Counted from the first letter of the stretch, positions 51,355 to 61,389 are shown. The stretch is 64,000 nt of DNA from Alphaproteobacteria bacterium (GCA_965216755.1 CBDCGL010000011.1:2432001-2496000); one strand, 5' to 3'. The notes: generated by a model not told the origin, from the sequence alone. Numbers and translations are program-made.

Positions 51355-52101
51355 TTGGATTTCGAGCGCCTGGCCATTGTCGGCGTCATTTTTCTGTTTG
51401 CCGCCGTCGTCAAAGGGACGACCGGCTTGGGCTTCTCGACGTCGGCCTTGCCCTTGCTGGCGCTCACGGTCGGCGTCAAGGCAGCTTTGCCGCTGCTGAT
51501 CATTCCGTCGCTGGCAAGCAATGCCATGGTCATGCGGCGGGCCGGGCATTTCATCGAAATGTTGCGGCGGTTTGCCTGGCTCTATGTGCTCGCCCCGGTG
51601 GGAATCGCCGGCGGTCTGGCGCTGCTCAATCAGGTCGACGGCGCGACGGCCGGTGCCGCCTTGGGCATCGTGCTGGTCGTCTATAGCCTATTCGTCTGGC
51701 GCACACGCCGCCTGCAACTTCCGATCGCACTTGAACGACCGCTGGCGCCGATCATCGGCGCAGCCACCGGCGCGATCAACGGGCTTACCGGTTCGCAGGT
51801 CATGCCCCTGTTGCCCTATTTGATGGCTCTTGGGCTCGATCCACGACGGTTGGTCCAGGCAACCAATATTTCGTTTACCTTGTCCAGCCTGGTCATGGCT
51901 TTCGGTTTGATGCAAATCGGCCTGATGACGGCCGAAACAGCGGCCATATCCGTGTTGGGTTTGTTGCCGGTTTATATTGGCATCGCATTGGGAACGCGGA
52001 TCCAAGCGCGGCTGTCAGCGTCTGCCTTTCATCGCGCCATCGTGATCCTGCTGGGACTTTCGGGATTGATCCTCGTGTTGCGCCCGGCAATGGGATTCTA
52101 A
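51355..52101 (+). CDS. TauE/SafE sulfite exporter family membrane protein
   Basis: VKG.TGLGF, G.INGLTG, multiple TM segments. Confidence 0.85.
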   Translation: MDFERLAIVGVIFLFAAVVKGTTGLGFSTSALPLLALTVGVKAALPLLIIPSLASNAMVMRRAGHFIEMLRRFAWLYVLAPVGIAGGLALLNQVDGATAGAALGIVLVVYSLFVWRTRRLQLPIALERPLAPIIGAATGAINGLTGSQVMPLLPYLMALGLDPRRLVQATNISFTLSSLVMAFGLMQIGLMTAETAAISVLGLLPVYIGIALGTRIQARLSASAFHRAIVILLGLSGLILVLRPAMGF

Positions 52102-52318
52102 TCGCCGCGCAGGCGCGCACGACGGGTGACTGGCAGCGAATTTGGATTTGCCGCAGAATATGTTACGGTTGTCTCCACAAGCTTACACTCTCGGAATTTT
52201 CTACCTGCGCGGCGCGCGAAGATGGTCGTCGCGGTAGGGCATTCGTGCGGCCGGCCGTGTTCATCTTGATCCGTGACGAGGTGGATGTCGGCGAGGCGTA
52301 CCCAAGGGGGCGAATTAC

Positions 52319-53188
52319 GTGCCGGAAACAGACACATACGACGAAATCAACGAAGCCAAGGCAAATCTGGACTATGTTTATGAACAGCCAGATCCCAGGG
52401 CTTATTTTCGCGAACTCAGAAAGCTCGGTTACGCGATTCCCGGACTTGCCAAGCCAATATTTCAGACGTTGATCACGCATTTGCGCGACCAGCGCCACGA
52501 CACCATCCGCGTGTTGGACCTCGGTTGCTCCTACGGCGTAAACGCCGCGCTGCTGAAGCATGATCTGTCGATGCCCGAACTCTACGAACATTGGGGGGAC
52601 GATGCGATCCGCGATGTAACGCCACAGGAAGTGGTCGCGCATGATCAGCGTTTCTTCGGCGAACTCGAGGGCGCCGAAGACATCGAGGTTATCGGCTTGG
52701 ACCAATCGGAGCCCGCCGTCGCCTTCGCGGAGAACGCCGGCCTGGTCGACGAAGGGCTCGCGGTTAATCTCGAAACCGAACCGCTGCCCTTCGATGTGCG
52801 AGAAGACCTGGCACCGATCGATCTGGTGACATCCACGGGATGTGTGGGCTATGTGACAGAAAAAAGTTTCGACCGGCTGTTGCCCGCTGTAACGCAAGGC
52901 CAGGCCGCGTGGATCGGTAATTTCGTCTTGCGCCTGTTTCCTTTCGATCTGATCGCGCAGACTTTGGCGGGATGGGGCTACGCCACCGAGAAACTCGAAG
53001 CACAAACCTTTGTACAACGGCGCTTTGCATCGTCCGAAGAGCAGGAACGCGTGATCGAGCAACTCCGCCAACAGAATATCGACCCAACCGGCAAGGAAAC
53101 AGAGGGGCACTTGCTCGCTGAGTTTTACTTGTCACGGCCGACCAAGGACGCGGCGGCCATGCCCATCGACGAGCTTCTGGCCGCTTGA
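52319..53188 (+). CDS. Class I SAM-dependent methyltransferase-like protein
   Basis: VLDLGCSYG, IGLD.S, STGCVGY. Confidence 0.75.
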   Translation: MPETDTYDEINEAKANLDYVYEQPDPRAYFRELRKLGYAIPGLAKPIFQTLITHLRDQRHDTIRVLDLGCSYGVNAALLKHDLSMPELYEHWGDDAIRDVTPQEVVAHDQRFFGELEGAEDIEVIGLDQSEPAVAFAENAGLVDEGLAVNLETEPLPFDVREDLAPIDLVTSTGCVGYVTEKSFDRLLPAVTQGQAAWIGNFVLRLFPFDLIAQTLAGWGYATEKLEAQTFVQRRFASSEEQERVIEQLRQQNIDPTGKETEGHLLAEFYLSRPTKDAAAMPIDELLAA

Positions 53189-53294
53189 CCGCGGCCGCGG
53201 CACGGTTGCGCCGGAAATCGGCGGTTACGGGCGCGATCGGCCGATATATCGTTGCGGTCTTTGCGCCGGTCGCGGGCGGGCGTAAGGTCATGAC

Positions 53295-54890
53295 ATGTGG
53301 GACGACATACGGGTCGGCAGCCGTTTTATCCGGCAGTTGCCGCGTTTCCTGCGTACGCCAATCTCCGTCGACGCGGCACGCGCGCGGGTTCAGGCGCGTT
53401 TGCGCAATCGTGCAGCAAACCTGTACGCCTTGCTGCACCGTATTGCGACCTCACCGCATCGATCGCCCTACGCGCGCCTGCTGGCGAATTGCGGATGCGA
53501 ACCGGGCGATGTTGCACAGCTGATTGATCGGCAGGGTGTCGAGGGCGCGCTCGCCGAACTGTTGGCCAACGGCGTCTACCTTACCGGGGACGAGTTTAAG
53601 GGCCGGGTGCCGGTGACACGCGGCAGCGTGTCGTTCACCATCGATCCGGGCGACCTTATCAGCCCATCGGCCGTCGTCCACGGCGTGGCCGAAAGCAGCG
53701 GCAGCCGCGGTGCGCGCACGCCGGTTCCCATCGATCTCGCCTTTATCGCCGATCACGCCGTCAACACCCTTTTGACCTTGCATGCCCACGACGGCCACGA
53801 CTGGATCCACGCCCATTGGGGCGTGCCGGGCGGCACCAGCGTCACCAACCCTTTGGAGTTCGCCAAGGGCGGCACACCGCCGGAGAAATGGTTCACACCA
53901 ATTGAACCTGGCGCGCCCGGACTGCATCCACGCTATCGATGGGGCGCGCGGGCGATGTGGCTGGCCAGTCGCGTGGCGGGCGTGCCGATGCCGGGACCAA
54001 CACTGGCCCCGCTGAACGACCCCACGCCGATTGTGAGATGGATGGCCGCGGTATTGCAACGCGGCCAGACCCCGCATCTGTGGACGTTCGCAAGCTCCGC
54101 CGTTTTGGTGTGTGCGGCCGCGATAAAGATGGGAGTCGATATCCGCGGCGCACGCTTTACCGCGGGCGGCGAACCGACCACAACCGCCCGGCGCCACGCC
54201 GTTGAAAATGCCGGCGCCGTCATGATCCCGCGCATGGGCACCACCGAGACGGATATCTTGTCATACGCGTGCCGACATCCGGCGGCGCCCGATGATATGC
54301 ATTTTTTCCATGATCGCCATGCCGTGATCCAACCGGGCGACGGTGGGCCGCCGGCCTTGCCCGCAAAGGCCTTGCTCTTAACCTCGCTGCTGCCGACGGC
54401 ACCAATCCACTTGCTCAATGTCTGCTTCGGTGATCAGGCGACGATCGCACTGCGCCGCTGCGGCTGTCCGATGGAAGGTTTGGGTTGGCCGCAGCACATC
54501 AGCAATGTGCGCAGCTTTGAGAAGCTCACCGCCGGCGGCATCACGCTGCTCGACTATGACGTCGTGCGCGTGCTGGAAGACGTTCTGCCCGCGCGCTTCG
54601 GCGGCACGTCGCTCGACTACCAGATCGTCGAACATGTCGACACCACGGACGGCCGTCCGCGCGTTCAACTATTTATTAGCCCACAATTGGATATCGTGGA
54701 TACGAAGGTCGTGCGCGAGGTCTTTCTAAAGGCCATCGGCGGCGGCACCAGCGGTGAACATCTGATGGCATTGCAATGGCATGACGGCCAGGTCGTCGAC
54801 GTGGTCCGCGACCAGCCGCGCCGCACGGCGTCAGGCAAAATCCACCACGTTTTTGCCGAGACAAGTATTCCGAGACAAGCTGACAGATAG
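53295..54890 (+). CDS. PaaK/phenylacetate-CoA ligase-like adenylating protein
   Basis: SSGSRG P-loop-like, GGEP, G.TE, GD...C.CG, RTASGKI terminus. Confidence 0.65.
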   Translation: MWDDIRVGSRFIRQLPRFLRTPISVDAARARVQARLRNRAANLYALLHRIATSPHRSPYARLLANCGCEPGDVAQLIDRQGVEGALAELLANGVYLTGDEFKGRVPVTRGSVSFTIDPGDLISPSAVVHGVAESSGSRGARTPVPIDLAFIADHAVNTLLTLHAHDGHDWIHAHWGVPGGTSVTNPLEFAKGGTPPEKWFTPIEPGAPGLHPRYRWGARAMWLASRVAGVPMPGPTLAPLNDPTPIVRWMAAVLQRGQTPHLWTFASSAVLVCAAAIKMGVDIRGARFTAGGEPTTTARRHAVENAGAVMIPRMGTTETDILSYACRHPAAPDDMHFFHDRHAVIQPGDGGPPALPAKALLLTSLLPTAPIHLLNVCFGDQATIALRRCGCPMEGLGWPQHISNVRSFEKLTAGGITLLDYDVVRVLEDVLPARFGGTSLDYQIVEHVDTTDGRPRVQLFISPQLDIVDTKVVREVFLKAIGGGTSGEHLMALQWHDGQVVDVVRDQPRRTASGKIHHVFAETSIPRQADR

Positions 54891-54989
54891 CTTTTTGCAG
54901 AGATAACTTTGTGCACCGTGCACCGCGCTTTTCACAGCGCCACACGACCGCCACCGCATTCTTAAATCGATGAGCATCGCAGAACCCGA

Positions 54990-55070
54990 AGAATCCCCCT
55001 CGGCACAATGTACCGAGGGGTAATCCTTCGCAGTAAAACTACTTACCGTGGCTTCACTACTAATCTTTCC
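54990..55070 (-). ncRNA. tracrRNA
   Basis: The minus strand begins GGAAAGATTAGTAGTGAAGCCACGG, a 25-nt anti-repeat (55046-55070) with 2 differences from the CRISPR repeat. Downstream is a hairpin, CCCCTCGG (54996-55003) / CCGAGGGG (55013-55020). An AT-rich -10-like element lies at 55071-55080. Confidence 0.85.
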
Positions 55071-55131
55071 ACTATATAGTTAACTCGATCAGACTTCTGC
55101 ATGCAAGCCAAAAGTGATTGGGAGAATGCAT

Positions 55132-58100
55132 ATGCAAATCCGCGACTCGATCTGCTTCGGCAACGATATTGGAATCGCCTCATGCGGTTGGTCCGTTCTC
55201 AATACTGATAGCCATTCGGTCTGCGGTGCGGGGGTACGGCTATTCGATGCGCCCGAGACGGACAAAGAAAAAACGCCCAAGAACCAGATTCGCCAAGAGA
55301 AACGCAGCCTGCGCCGATTGATCCGGCGCAAGCGACAACGCATGACCAAAATACGCCACTTGTGCCGCGCGCATGGCTTGACGGACACATCCCAAAAGGA
55401 CGTATTCCAAACGTGCCTCGTCAGTCTTAACGAGAACGCGGCCGGCGGCACCCAGGTCACACCTTGGAACCTCAGGGTCGCGGCTCTCGACCGCGTCCTC
55501 GCCGGGCCCGAGTTCGCGGTGATCCTTGGTCACATTGCCAAGCACGCCGGATTTCAATCGAACCGCAAAGGTGGCGAAAAAAACCTCGCCGGAGACGACC
55601 AAAAAGCGTTGAAAGCCATGGAGGGCCTGGCAACGCAAATCGCGGACTACCGTAGCTTTGGCGAGGCCTTGGAAAAAGATCCCGAACTGTCGGCACGCAA
55701 GCGCAACCGCAGTGGCATCTATGACCGCACGCCGAAACGTACCTGGCTTCGCCAAGAGATTGTGCGGATTTTCGAAACACAACGTCGCCACGACAACCCA
55801 TTGGCAACGCCCGAGCTTGAGTCCGCCTACACCGAAATCGCGTTCTCCCGCTTACCTCTTCAAGACGTCGAACATCTGGTCCGACATTGTCCGTTCGAGC
55901 CCCGCGAAAAACGGGCGTCGAAATATGCGCCATCGTTCGAACGATTCCGGTTTCTGCAATCCCTCGTCCATCTGCGCATTGATGATCCGCAACGTGACAG
56001 CGACCGCCTCACCCCCGAGGAAATCGACGCCCTCGAACGCGCCTTCGGCAAAACCCAAAAATTCAGTTTCAAGAACGCCCGCAAAATCTTGAGGTTGTCC
56101 GACGCGGGCAAGTTTCGCGGCCTGCCGATCAAGGACGAGGCGCGCGACATTGCCGCGCGTAAGAAACCCGGCGCCCAAGGGACACACACGCTGCGCCACG
56201 TGCTTGGCGTTTTGTATGATGATCTGCCCCCGGCACAGCTGGATGATGCCATGGCAAAGATCTCGTTCCGTGAAACGAACGCGTCGATCGAGAGTGGACT
56301 TGCCGAGACCGGCTTGCCCAACGACGCGATCGCGGCTTTGATGAGCGCGGTTGCAGAGAATGATTTTCACTTCGCCACCGGCGCCGGCCATGTTTCCGCC
56401 AAAGCGTGCCGAAATATCATTCCAGGTTTACGCAATGGCCTGGTCTATTCAGACGCGTGCGCGGCCACACGCTACGACCACACCGCGTCCGAAACCTCGC
56501 CGTTTGTCGCGCTTCGCAAAACGCTGGGCCACGCCTCGCTCACCGAGAAACGCAAGGCTGTTATTCAGATACTCTCTGACAAAGAACGTTCCCCCATCAA
56601 TTCGCCGATCGCGCGCAAGGCGGTCATCGAAACGGTCAAGCAATTCAGCACCCTGTGCCACGAACATCCGGCCTTGGCCGGCGCCCTACCCGGACAAGTT
56701 AACATCGAATTGGCGCGCGAGATCGGCAAGAGCGGCGAACACCGCCGAGAGTTGACACGTGGCCTGGAACGCCGCAATCGGGAAACCGATGCACTTGCAA
56801 AAGCGTTCGAAGAAACCTTCGGTCACACACCAAACAAAGGTGACCTGAGAAAATTCGAGTTGGCGCAGGAGCAAGGCTGGAAGTGCCTCTATTCCGGCGA
56901 CCCAATCGACCCCGCCCGTCTGTTTGACGGCGTGTCTTATCAGGTCGACCACATTCTCCCGTGGAGCCGCTTCGGCGACAATTCCTACCGGAATCTGACT
57001 TTATGTACGGCCGCGGCCAACCAAGCAAAGCAAGACCGCACGCCCCACGAATGGATCACGGCGCACGGACTCGATTGGGACATCTATGTCGCGCGGGTGG
57101 AGGCTCGCCCTGGCCCACGCGACCCACACGGCATGAAAGGATTGAAAAAGCGCAACTATTTGCTCAAAGACGCATCGGAAAAAGAACAAGGCTTTCGCAA
57201 CCGCAATCTCAATGACACCCAGTGGGCCGCGCGGGTCGTCATGCAGGCGATCGAGGCGTTTTATCCCATCGAATTGAATAAGAACGGCAACCCGATCCAC
57301 CGGGTGCGCGCGCGGCCCGGCGCCGTAACCGCCTTGCTCCGCCGCGGCTGGGGTCTGGAGCCGCTGAAAAAAGATGCCGAGGGCAATCGCGTGGATGACG
57401 ATCGCCACCACGCCATCGACGCCATGGTCGTCGCGGCCACCAGCGAGAGCATGCTGCGGCGCTTGACGCGCGCCGTCCAGCGATCGGAAATGCTGGGCAA
57501 ACCAAGATTCTTTGAACACATGGATCCGCCCTGGCCTGATTTTCGCGAACAGGCGAAAGTGGCACGGGACGGTATCAGGTGTTCGCGCGCCGAGCGCCGC
57601 CGGGCCAAGGGCGAAGCCCACGAAGCCACCTTGCGCGGCCTGGACCCTGACAATGGGTGCCTATTCACGCGCGAAACGGCCGAAAAATTGGTCGGTGGCC
57701 TGGTGACGAAATGCGATGGCGATTCCGCGCGCATGGCCGAAGCGTTGGCGGCCCGCATGGCGCGGCCGGAGCGATCCAAAGTGATCATCGCGGCTCTCGT
57801 GGATTGGGCGCTGCGTGGCGCGCCACAAGACGCGCCGCCGCTCGGCCCGACCGGCGACCCGATTCGCAAAATCCAAGTGATCGATACGCGCTCGAAGCTC
57901 GCAGTGCCGATCGGCGCCAAAGCAAGCGCCGATCGCGGCGAGATGGTCCGCGTCGATGTATTTGCCAAAAAGGACAGGAAGGGCCGGGACAAGTTCTATC
58001 TGGTTCCGATCTATCCCCATCAGGTGATGGACAAACAGCGCTACCCATTGCCGCCGAACCGGGCGATCGTGGCCGGCAAGGACGAACAGGATTGGGAGCA

Positions 58101-58395
58101 AATCACCGCCGACCATACGTTTCGCTTCAGCCTTTATCCATTGTGTTGGATTGAAGTGGTCACGGCGAAGGGCGAGGTGATCGAGGGCTATTACCGCGGC
58201 ACGGACCGATCCACGGGTGCCCTATTGATATCGCCGCATCAGTCGTTGCAAACAACGCGGTCCGGCATTGGCGCCAGGTCGCTCCTAAGCTTCAAGAAGT
58301 TCGCGGTCGACCGCTTGGGCAACATTTCTGAGATCGATCAGGAGGAACGGACATGGCATGGCGTGGCGTGCACATCTGCAACGCGGCCGGGCTGA
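55132..58395 (+). CDS. cas9: Type II-C Cas9 (about 1087 aa)
   Basis: RuvC-I GNDIGIASCGW, Arg-rich bridge helix, RuvC-II NIELARE, HNH VDHILPWS...N...NQAK, RNLNDT, RuvC-III HHAIDA, PI domain MVRVDVF. Confidence 0.97.
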   Translation: MQIRDSICFGNDIGIASCGWSVLNTDSHSVCGAGVRLFDAPETDKEKTPKNQIRQEKRSLRRLIRRKRQRMTKIRHLCRAHGLTDTSQKDVFQTCLVSLNENAAGGTQVTPWNLRVAALDRVLAGPEFAVILGHIAKHAGFQSNRKGGEKNLAGDDQKALKAMEGLATQIADYRSFGEALEKDPELSARKRNRSGIYDRTPKRTWLRQEIVRIFETQRRHDNPLATPELESAYTEIAFSRLPLQDVEHLVRHCPFEPREKRASKYAPSFERFRFLQSLVHLRIDDPQRDSDRLTPEEIDALERAFGKTQKFSFKNARKILRLSDAGKFRGLPIKDEARDIAARKKPGAQGTHTLRHVLGVLYDDLPPAQLDDAMAKISFRETNASIESGLAETGLPNDAIAALMSAVAENDFHFATGAGHVSAKACRNIIPGLRNGLVYSDACAATRYDHTASETSPFVALRKTLGHASLTEKRKAVIQILSDKERSPINSPIARKAVIETVKQFSTLCHEHPALAGALPGQVNIELAREIGKSGEHRRELTRGLERRNRETDALAKAFEETFGHTPNKGDLRKFELAQEQGWKCLYSGDPIDPARLFDGVSYQVDHILPWSRFGDNSYRNLTLCTAAANQAKQDRTPHEWITAHGLDWDIYVARVEARPGPRDPHGMKGLKKRNYLLKDASEKEQGFRNRNLNDTQWAARVVMQAIEAFYPIELNKNGNPIHRVRARPGAVTALLRRGWGLEPLKKDAEGNRVDDDRHHAIDAMVVAATSESMLRRLTRAVQRSEMLGKPRFFEHMDPPWPDFREQAKVARDGIRCSRAERRRAKGEAHEATLRGLDPDNGCLFTRETAEKLVGGLVTKCDGDSARMAEALAARMARPERSKVIIAALVDWALRGAPQDAPPLGPTGDPIRKIQVIDTRSKLAVPIGAKASADRGEMVRVDVFAKKDRKGRDKFYLVPIYPHQVMDKQRYPLPPNRAIVAGKDEQDWEQITADHTFRFSLYPLCWIEVVTAKGEVIEGYYRGTDRSTGALLISPHQSLQTTRSGIGARSLLSFKKFAVDRLGNISEIDQEERTWHGVACTSATRPG

Positions 58396-59273
58396 GCCTG
58401 CATCGCAACCAACTGGTGGTCGCCCAAGAAAAAGCCGAAGCGACCTTTCCGTTGGAGGACATCGCCTATGTGATCCTTGACACCCCGCAAACGACAATCA
58501 CCGGCGCCCTGCTCGCCGCCATGATGAACGCCGGCATAGCCGTTGTGCAATCGGACGCAAAGCATATACCCTGCGGCGTGGCGTTTCCGTTCCACGCACA
58601 CTGGCGCCAGGGCGAAACCGCGCATCTGCAAACCGGCCTGACCCAGCCGTTCAAAAAACGTGCCTGGCAAACAATCGTTCGGCGCAAACTGGCCAATCAG
58701 GCCACAGTGCTGGAGACCACGCGCACAGACACGGCGGCGCGCGAATCGAAAGCCATTCGTGCCATGGTCGCCCAGGTCCGATCCGGCGACCCTGACAATG
58801 TGGAAGCTCGGGCGGCCCGTGCCTATTGGGGTGCTCTATTCACGAACTTCCGGCGCGGTGACGATGGCGACCAGCGCAACGCCGCATTGAACTATGGCTA
58901 TGCCGTGGTCCGTGCATGCTTGGCCCGAAGTTTGGCCGCATCTGGGTTGATCCCCGCCTTTGGCCTGCACCACGCCAGTGTCACCAACGCGTTCAATCTG
59001 GCCGACGACTTGATCGAGCCGTTCCGACCATTCGTCGACTATTTGGTGCTCAAAACAATGGGTACCGCGGGCATCGCGGAGGGCGCACTGACTAAGGAAG
59101 ACCGCCAAGCCATGGCCCAAGTACCGTTCGAGTCGGTGCTGCTGGGCGGCGAGAACATGAACCTCTTGGTGGCCACGGAACGGGTCGGCCAAAGCTTGGC
59201 GGCGGCGATGCGCGCCGGTGAAACCGGAGGGCTGATGCTGCCGGAATTCGCCGCCGTCGCGCCGTTGCTATAA
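58353..59273 (+). CDS. cas1: Type II Cas1
   Basis: MAWR.VHI, PLEDIA, SGDPDNVEA.AAR.YW, NAALNYGYA, GLHH, FNLADDLIEPFRP. Confidence 0.96.
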   Translation: MAWRGVHICNAAGLSLHRNQLVVAQEKAEATFPLEDIAYVILDTPQTTITGALLAAMMNAGIAVVQSDAKHIPCGVAFPFHAHWRQGETAHLQTGLTQPFKKRAWQTIVRRKLANQATVLETTRTDTAARESKAIRAMVAQVRSGDPDNVEARAARAYWGALFTNFRRGDDGDQRNAALNYGYAVVRACLARSLAASGLIPAFGLHHASVTNAFNLADDLIEPFRPFVDYLVLKTMGTAGIAEGALTKEDRQAMAQVPFESVLLGGENMNLLVATERVGQSLAAAMRAGETGGLMLPEFAAVAPLL

Positions 59274-59293
59274 GCACCGAGGCCGCGCGATTC

Positions 59294-59599
59294 TTGTGGC
59301 TGATGTGTTTCTTTGATCTGCCGGTTGGCACGCCGAACCAGCGGCGCATGGCGACGCGTTTTCGCAACCATCTGAAAAAAGACGGATTTATCATGTTACA
59401 ATGGTCGGTATACGCGCGCCTGTGCAAGGGTGAAGACGGCGTGGAGAAGCATTTGCTGAGGATCAAGGGCGCACTGCCGAAAACCGGCTCGATTCGGACC
59501 CTGCAAATCACGGATCGACAATATGCGCGCATGCAGATTCTCCTCGGCGCCGCCGAAATAACGGAAAAGAAAGGAGCTGATCAGCTTGTTATGCTTTGA
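59294..59599 (+). CDS. cas2: Cas2 (start codon atypical)
   Basis: FFDLPV, FRN.LKKDGF.MLQWSVY.R, ITDRQY, QL.ML. Confidence 0.93.
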   Translation: MWLMCFFDLPVGTPNQRRMATRFRNHLKKDGFIMLQWSVYARLCKGEDGVEKHLLRIKGALPKTGSIRTLQITDRQYARMQILLGAAEITEKKGADQLVML

Positions 59600-59657
59600 T
59601 TTTTTTGCCGGCCGGAAAGCCAAATATTCTGGCAGAACAAGCTGATACGCGAAACCC

Positions 59658-60221
59658 AGCCTACCACGGAAAGATCAGTAGGGAAGCCACGGCGTATGTA
59701 GATGAAGTTATTTCATCTTTCAGAGCCTACCACGGAAAGATCAGTAGGGAAGCCACGGCGCTACCTGCAATGCTCGTTCCTGGTTGTCCAGCCTACCACG
59801 GAAAGATCAGTAGGGAAGCCACGGCGGCGCGCTTAAACTGGATATCAAAATAGAGAGCCTACCACGGAAAGATCAGTAGGGAAGCCACGGCGTTTGAATG
59901 CTGTGAATGGGGCTAACTTCAAGCCTACCACGGAAAGATCAGTAGGGAAGCCACGGCACATCAACGACCATATTCTGCCGATGGCGCAGCCTACCACGGA
60001 AAGATCAGTAGGGAAGCCACGGCTTGAATTCCCAAACAGTGTTCATCACCAACAGCCTACCACGGAAAGATCAGTAGGGAAGCCACGGCGCGGGCACTGC
60101 TCTCAACACCATCAATGTCAGCCTACCACGGAAAGATCAGTAGGGAAGCCACGGCCGCCGATGTGGGTGACCGGCGATCGCGGCAAGCCTACCACGGAAA
60201 GATCAGGTGGGAAGCCACGAC
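59658..60221 (-). CRISPR. Type II-C CRISPR array: 9 repeats of 36 nt and 8 spacers of 30 nt
   Basis: The + strand repeat AGCCTACCACGGAAAGATCAGTAGGGAAGCCACGGC starts at 59658, 59724, 59790, 59856, 59922, 59988, 60054, 60120 and 60186 (last copy degenerate). Strand is inferred from tracrRNA complementarity and the TGGTAGGCT extended -10. Confidence 0.98.
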
Positions 60222-60237
60222 CCCCGCGACGTGTGCG

Positions 60238-61389
60238 CTAAATACACGCGCGCAGCAGGTCCTTGGCGGCGTCCAGGCTCAGCGGCACCGGATTGCCGCC
60301 AGCGCAGGGATCGTCGACCGCCATCGCGGCCATTTTGTCGATCCGGTTGTCGTCGACGCCCAGCCCACGCAGCTTGTCGGGGACACCCAGTTGCGCGCGC
60401 AGCGCCCGGATCCGGGCGACAAAGCCGTCGAACCCCCCGTCGATCCCCAGATAAGCTGCCGCTGCGGTGATGCGCGATTCAATCGCCGCGCGGTTATATG
60501 CCAACACGGTCGGCAAGATCACCGCGTTGGTCATGCCGTGATGGGTGTCGTAGAGCGCGCCAACCGGATGACAAAGCGCGTGGATCGCACCGAGCCCTTT
60601 TTGAAACGCCGTCGCCCCCATTGCCGCGGCGCTCATCATATGACCACGGGCCGTGAGGTCGGCGCCGTCGGCCGCCGCGCGCGGCAGGTTCTCCAGCACA
60701 AGGCGCATCCCCTCCAGCGCAATGCCTTGGCACATCGGGTGATAGAAAGGTGAGCTATAGGCCTCTAAACAATGAATGAACGCATCCATGCCGGTGCCCA
60801 CCGTGATGACCTTTGGCATGCCAACTGTCAGCTTGGGATCGCAAATCACAATCACCGGCAGCATTCTTGGATGAAAGATGATTTTCTTGGTGTGGGTTTC
60901 GGAATTGGTGATCACCGCCGCCCGCCCGACCTCAGAGCCGGTGCCGGCGGTGGTTGGCACGGCGACGACCGGGGAGATGGCGTCGCCGTCCGCGCGCGTC
61001 CACCAATCGTCAATATCCTCAAAATCCCACAGGGGTCGCGTTTGGCCGGCCATAAACGCAATCAACTTGCCAAGATCGAGGCCCGAGCCGCCGCCGAACG
61101 CCACCACCCCATCATGATCGCCGTCACGAAACGCCGCGATGCCAGCCGCCAAATTGACATCACTGGGGTTCGGGTCGACGTCAGCGAACACGGCTTTGCC
61201 CAGCCCTTCGGCCGCCAGCAAATCCACGGCCTGCCGAGTGATGGGCAAGCCGGCCAAACCACGGTCGGTCACCAGCAGGGGCCGCACAATGCCGGCCGCC
61301 CGGCACGTGGCCGCCAGTTCACCGATACGGCCGGCGCCAAAGCGGATCGCGGTGGGGAAACTCCAATTCGCCGTCGTGGTCACGGTCAC
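60238..61389 (-). CDS. Iron-containing alcohol dehydrogenase
   Basis: FGGGSGLD, PTTAGTGSE, MDAFIH..E, GAIHAL.H, HHG. Confidence 0.95.
   Translation of the reverse strand: MTVTTTANWSFPTAIRFGAGRIGELAATCRAAGIVRPLLVTDRGLAGLPITRQAVDLLAAEGLGKAVFADVDPNPSDVNLAAGIAAFRDGDHDGVVAFGGGSGLDLGKLIAFMAGQTRPLWDFEDIDDWWTRADGDAISPVVAVPTTAGTGSEVGRAAVITNSETHTKKIIFHPRMLPVIVICDPKLTVGMPKVITVGTGMDAFIHCLEAYSSPFYHPMCQGIALEGMRLVLENLPRAAADGADLTARGHMMSAAAMGATAFQKGLGAIHALCHPVGALYDTHHGMTNAVILPTVLAYNRAAIESRITAAAAYLGIDGGFDGFVARIRALRAQLGVPDKLRGLGVDDNRIDKMAAMAVDDPCAGGNPVPLSLDAAKDLLRACI

Noticed and set aside
59596-60241. ORFs with repeated AYHGKISREAT / PTTERSVGKPR peptides
   Set aside because: These are translations of the CRISPR repeats (66-nt period), not proteins.
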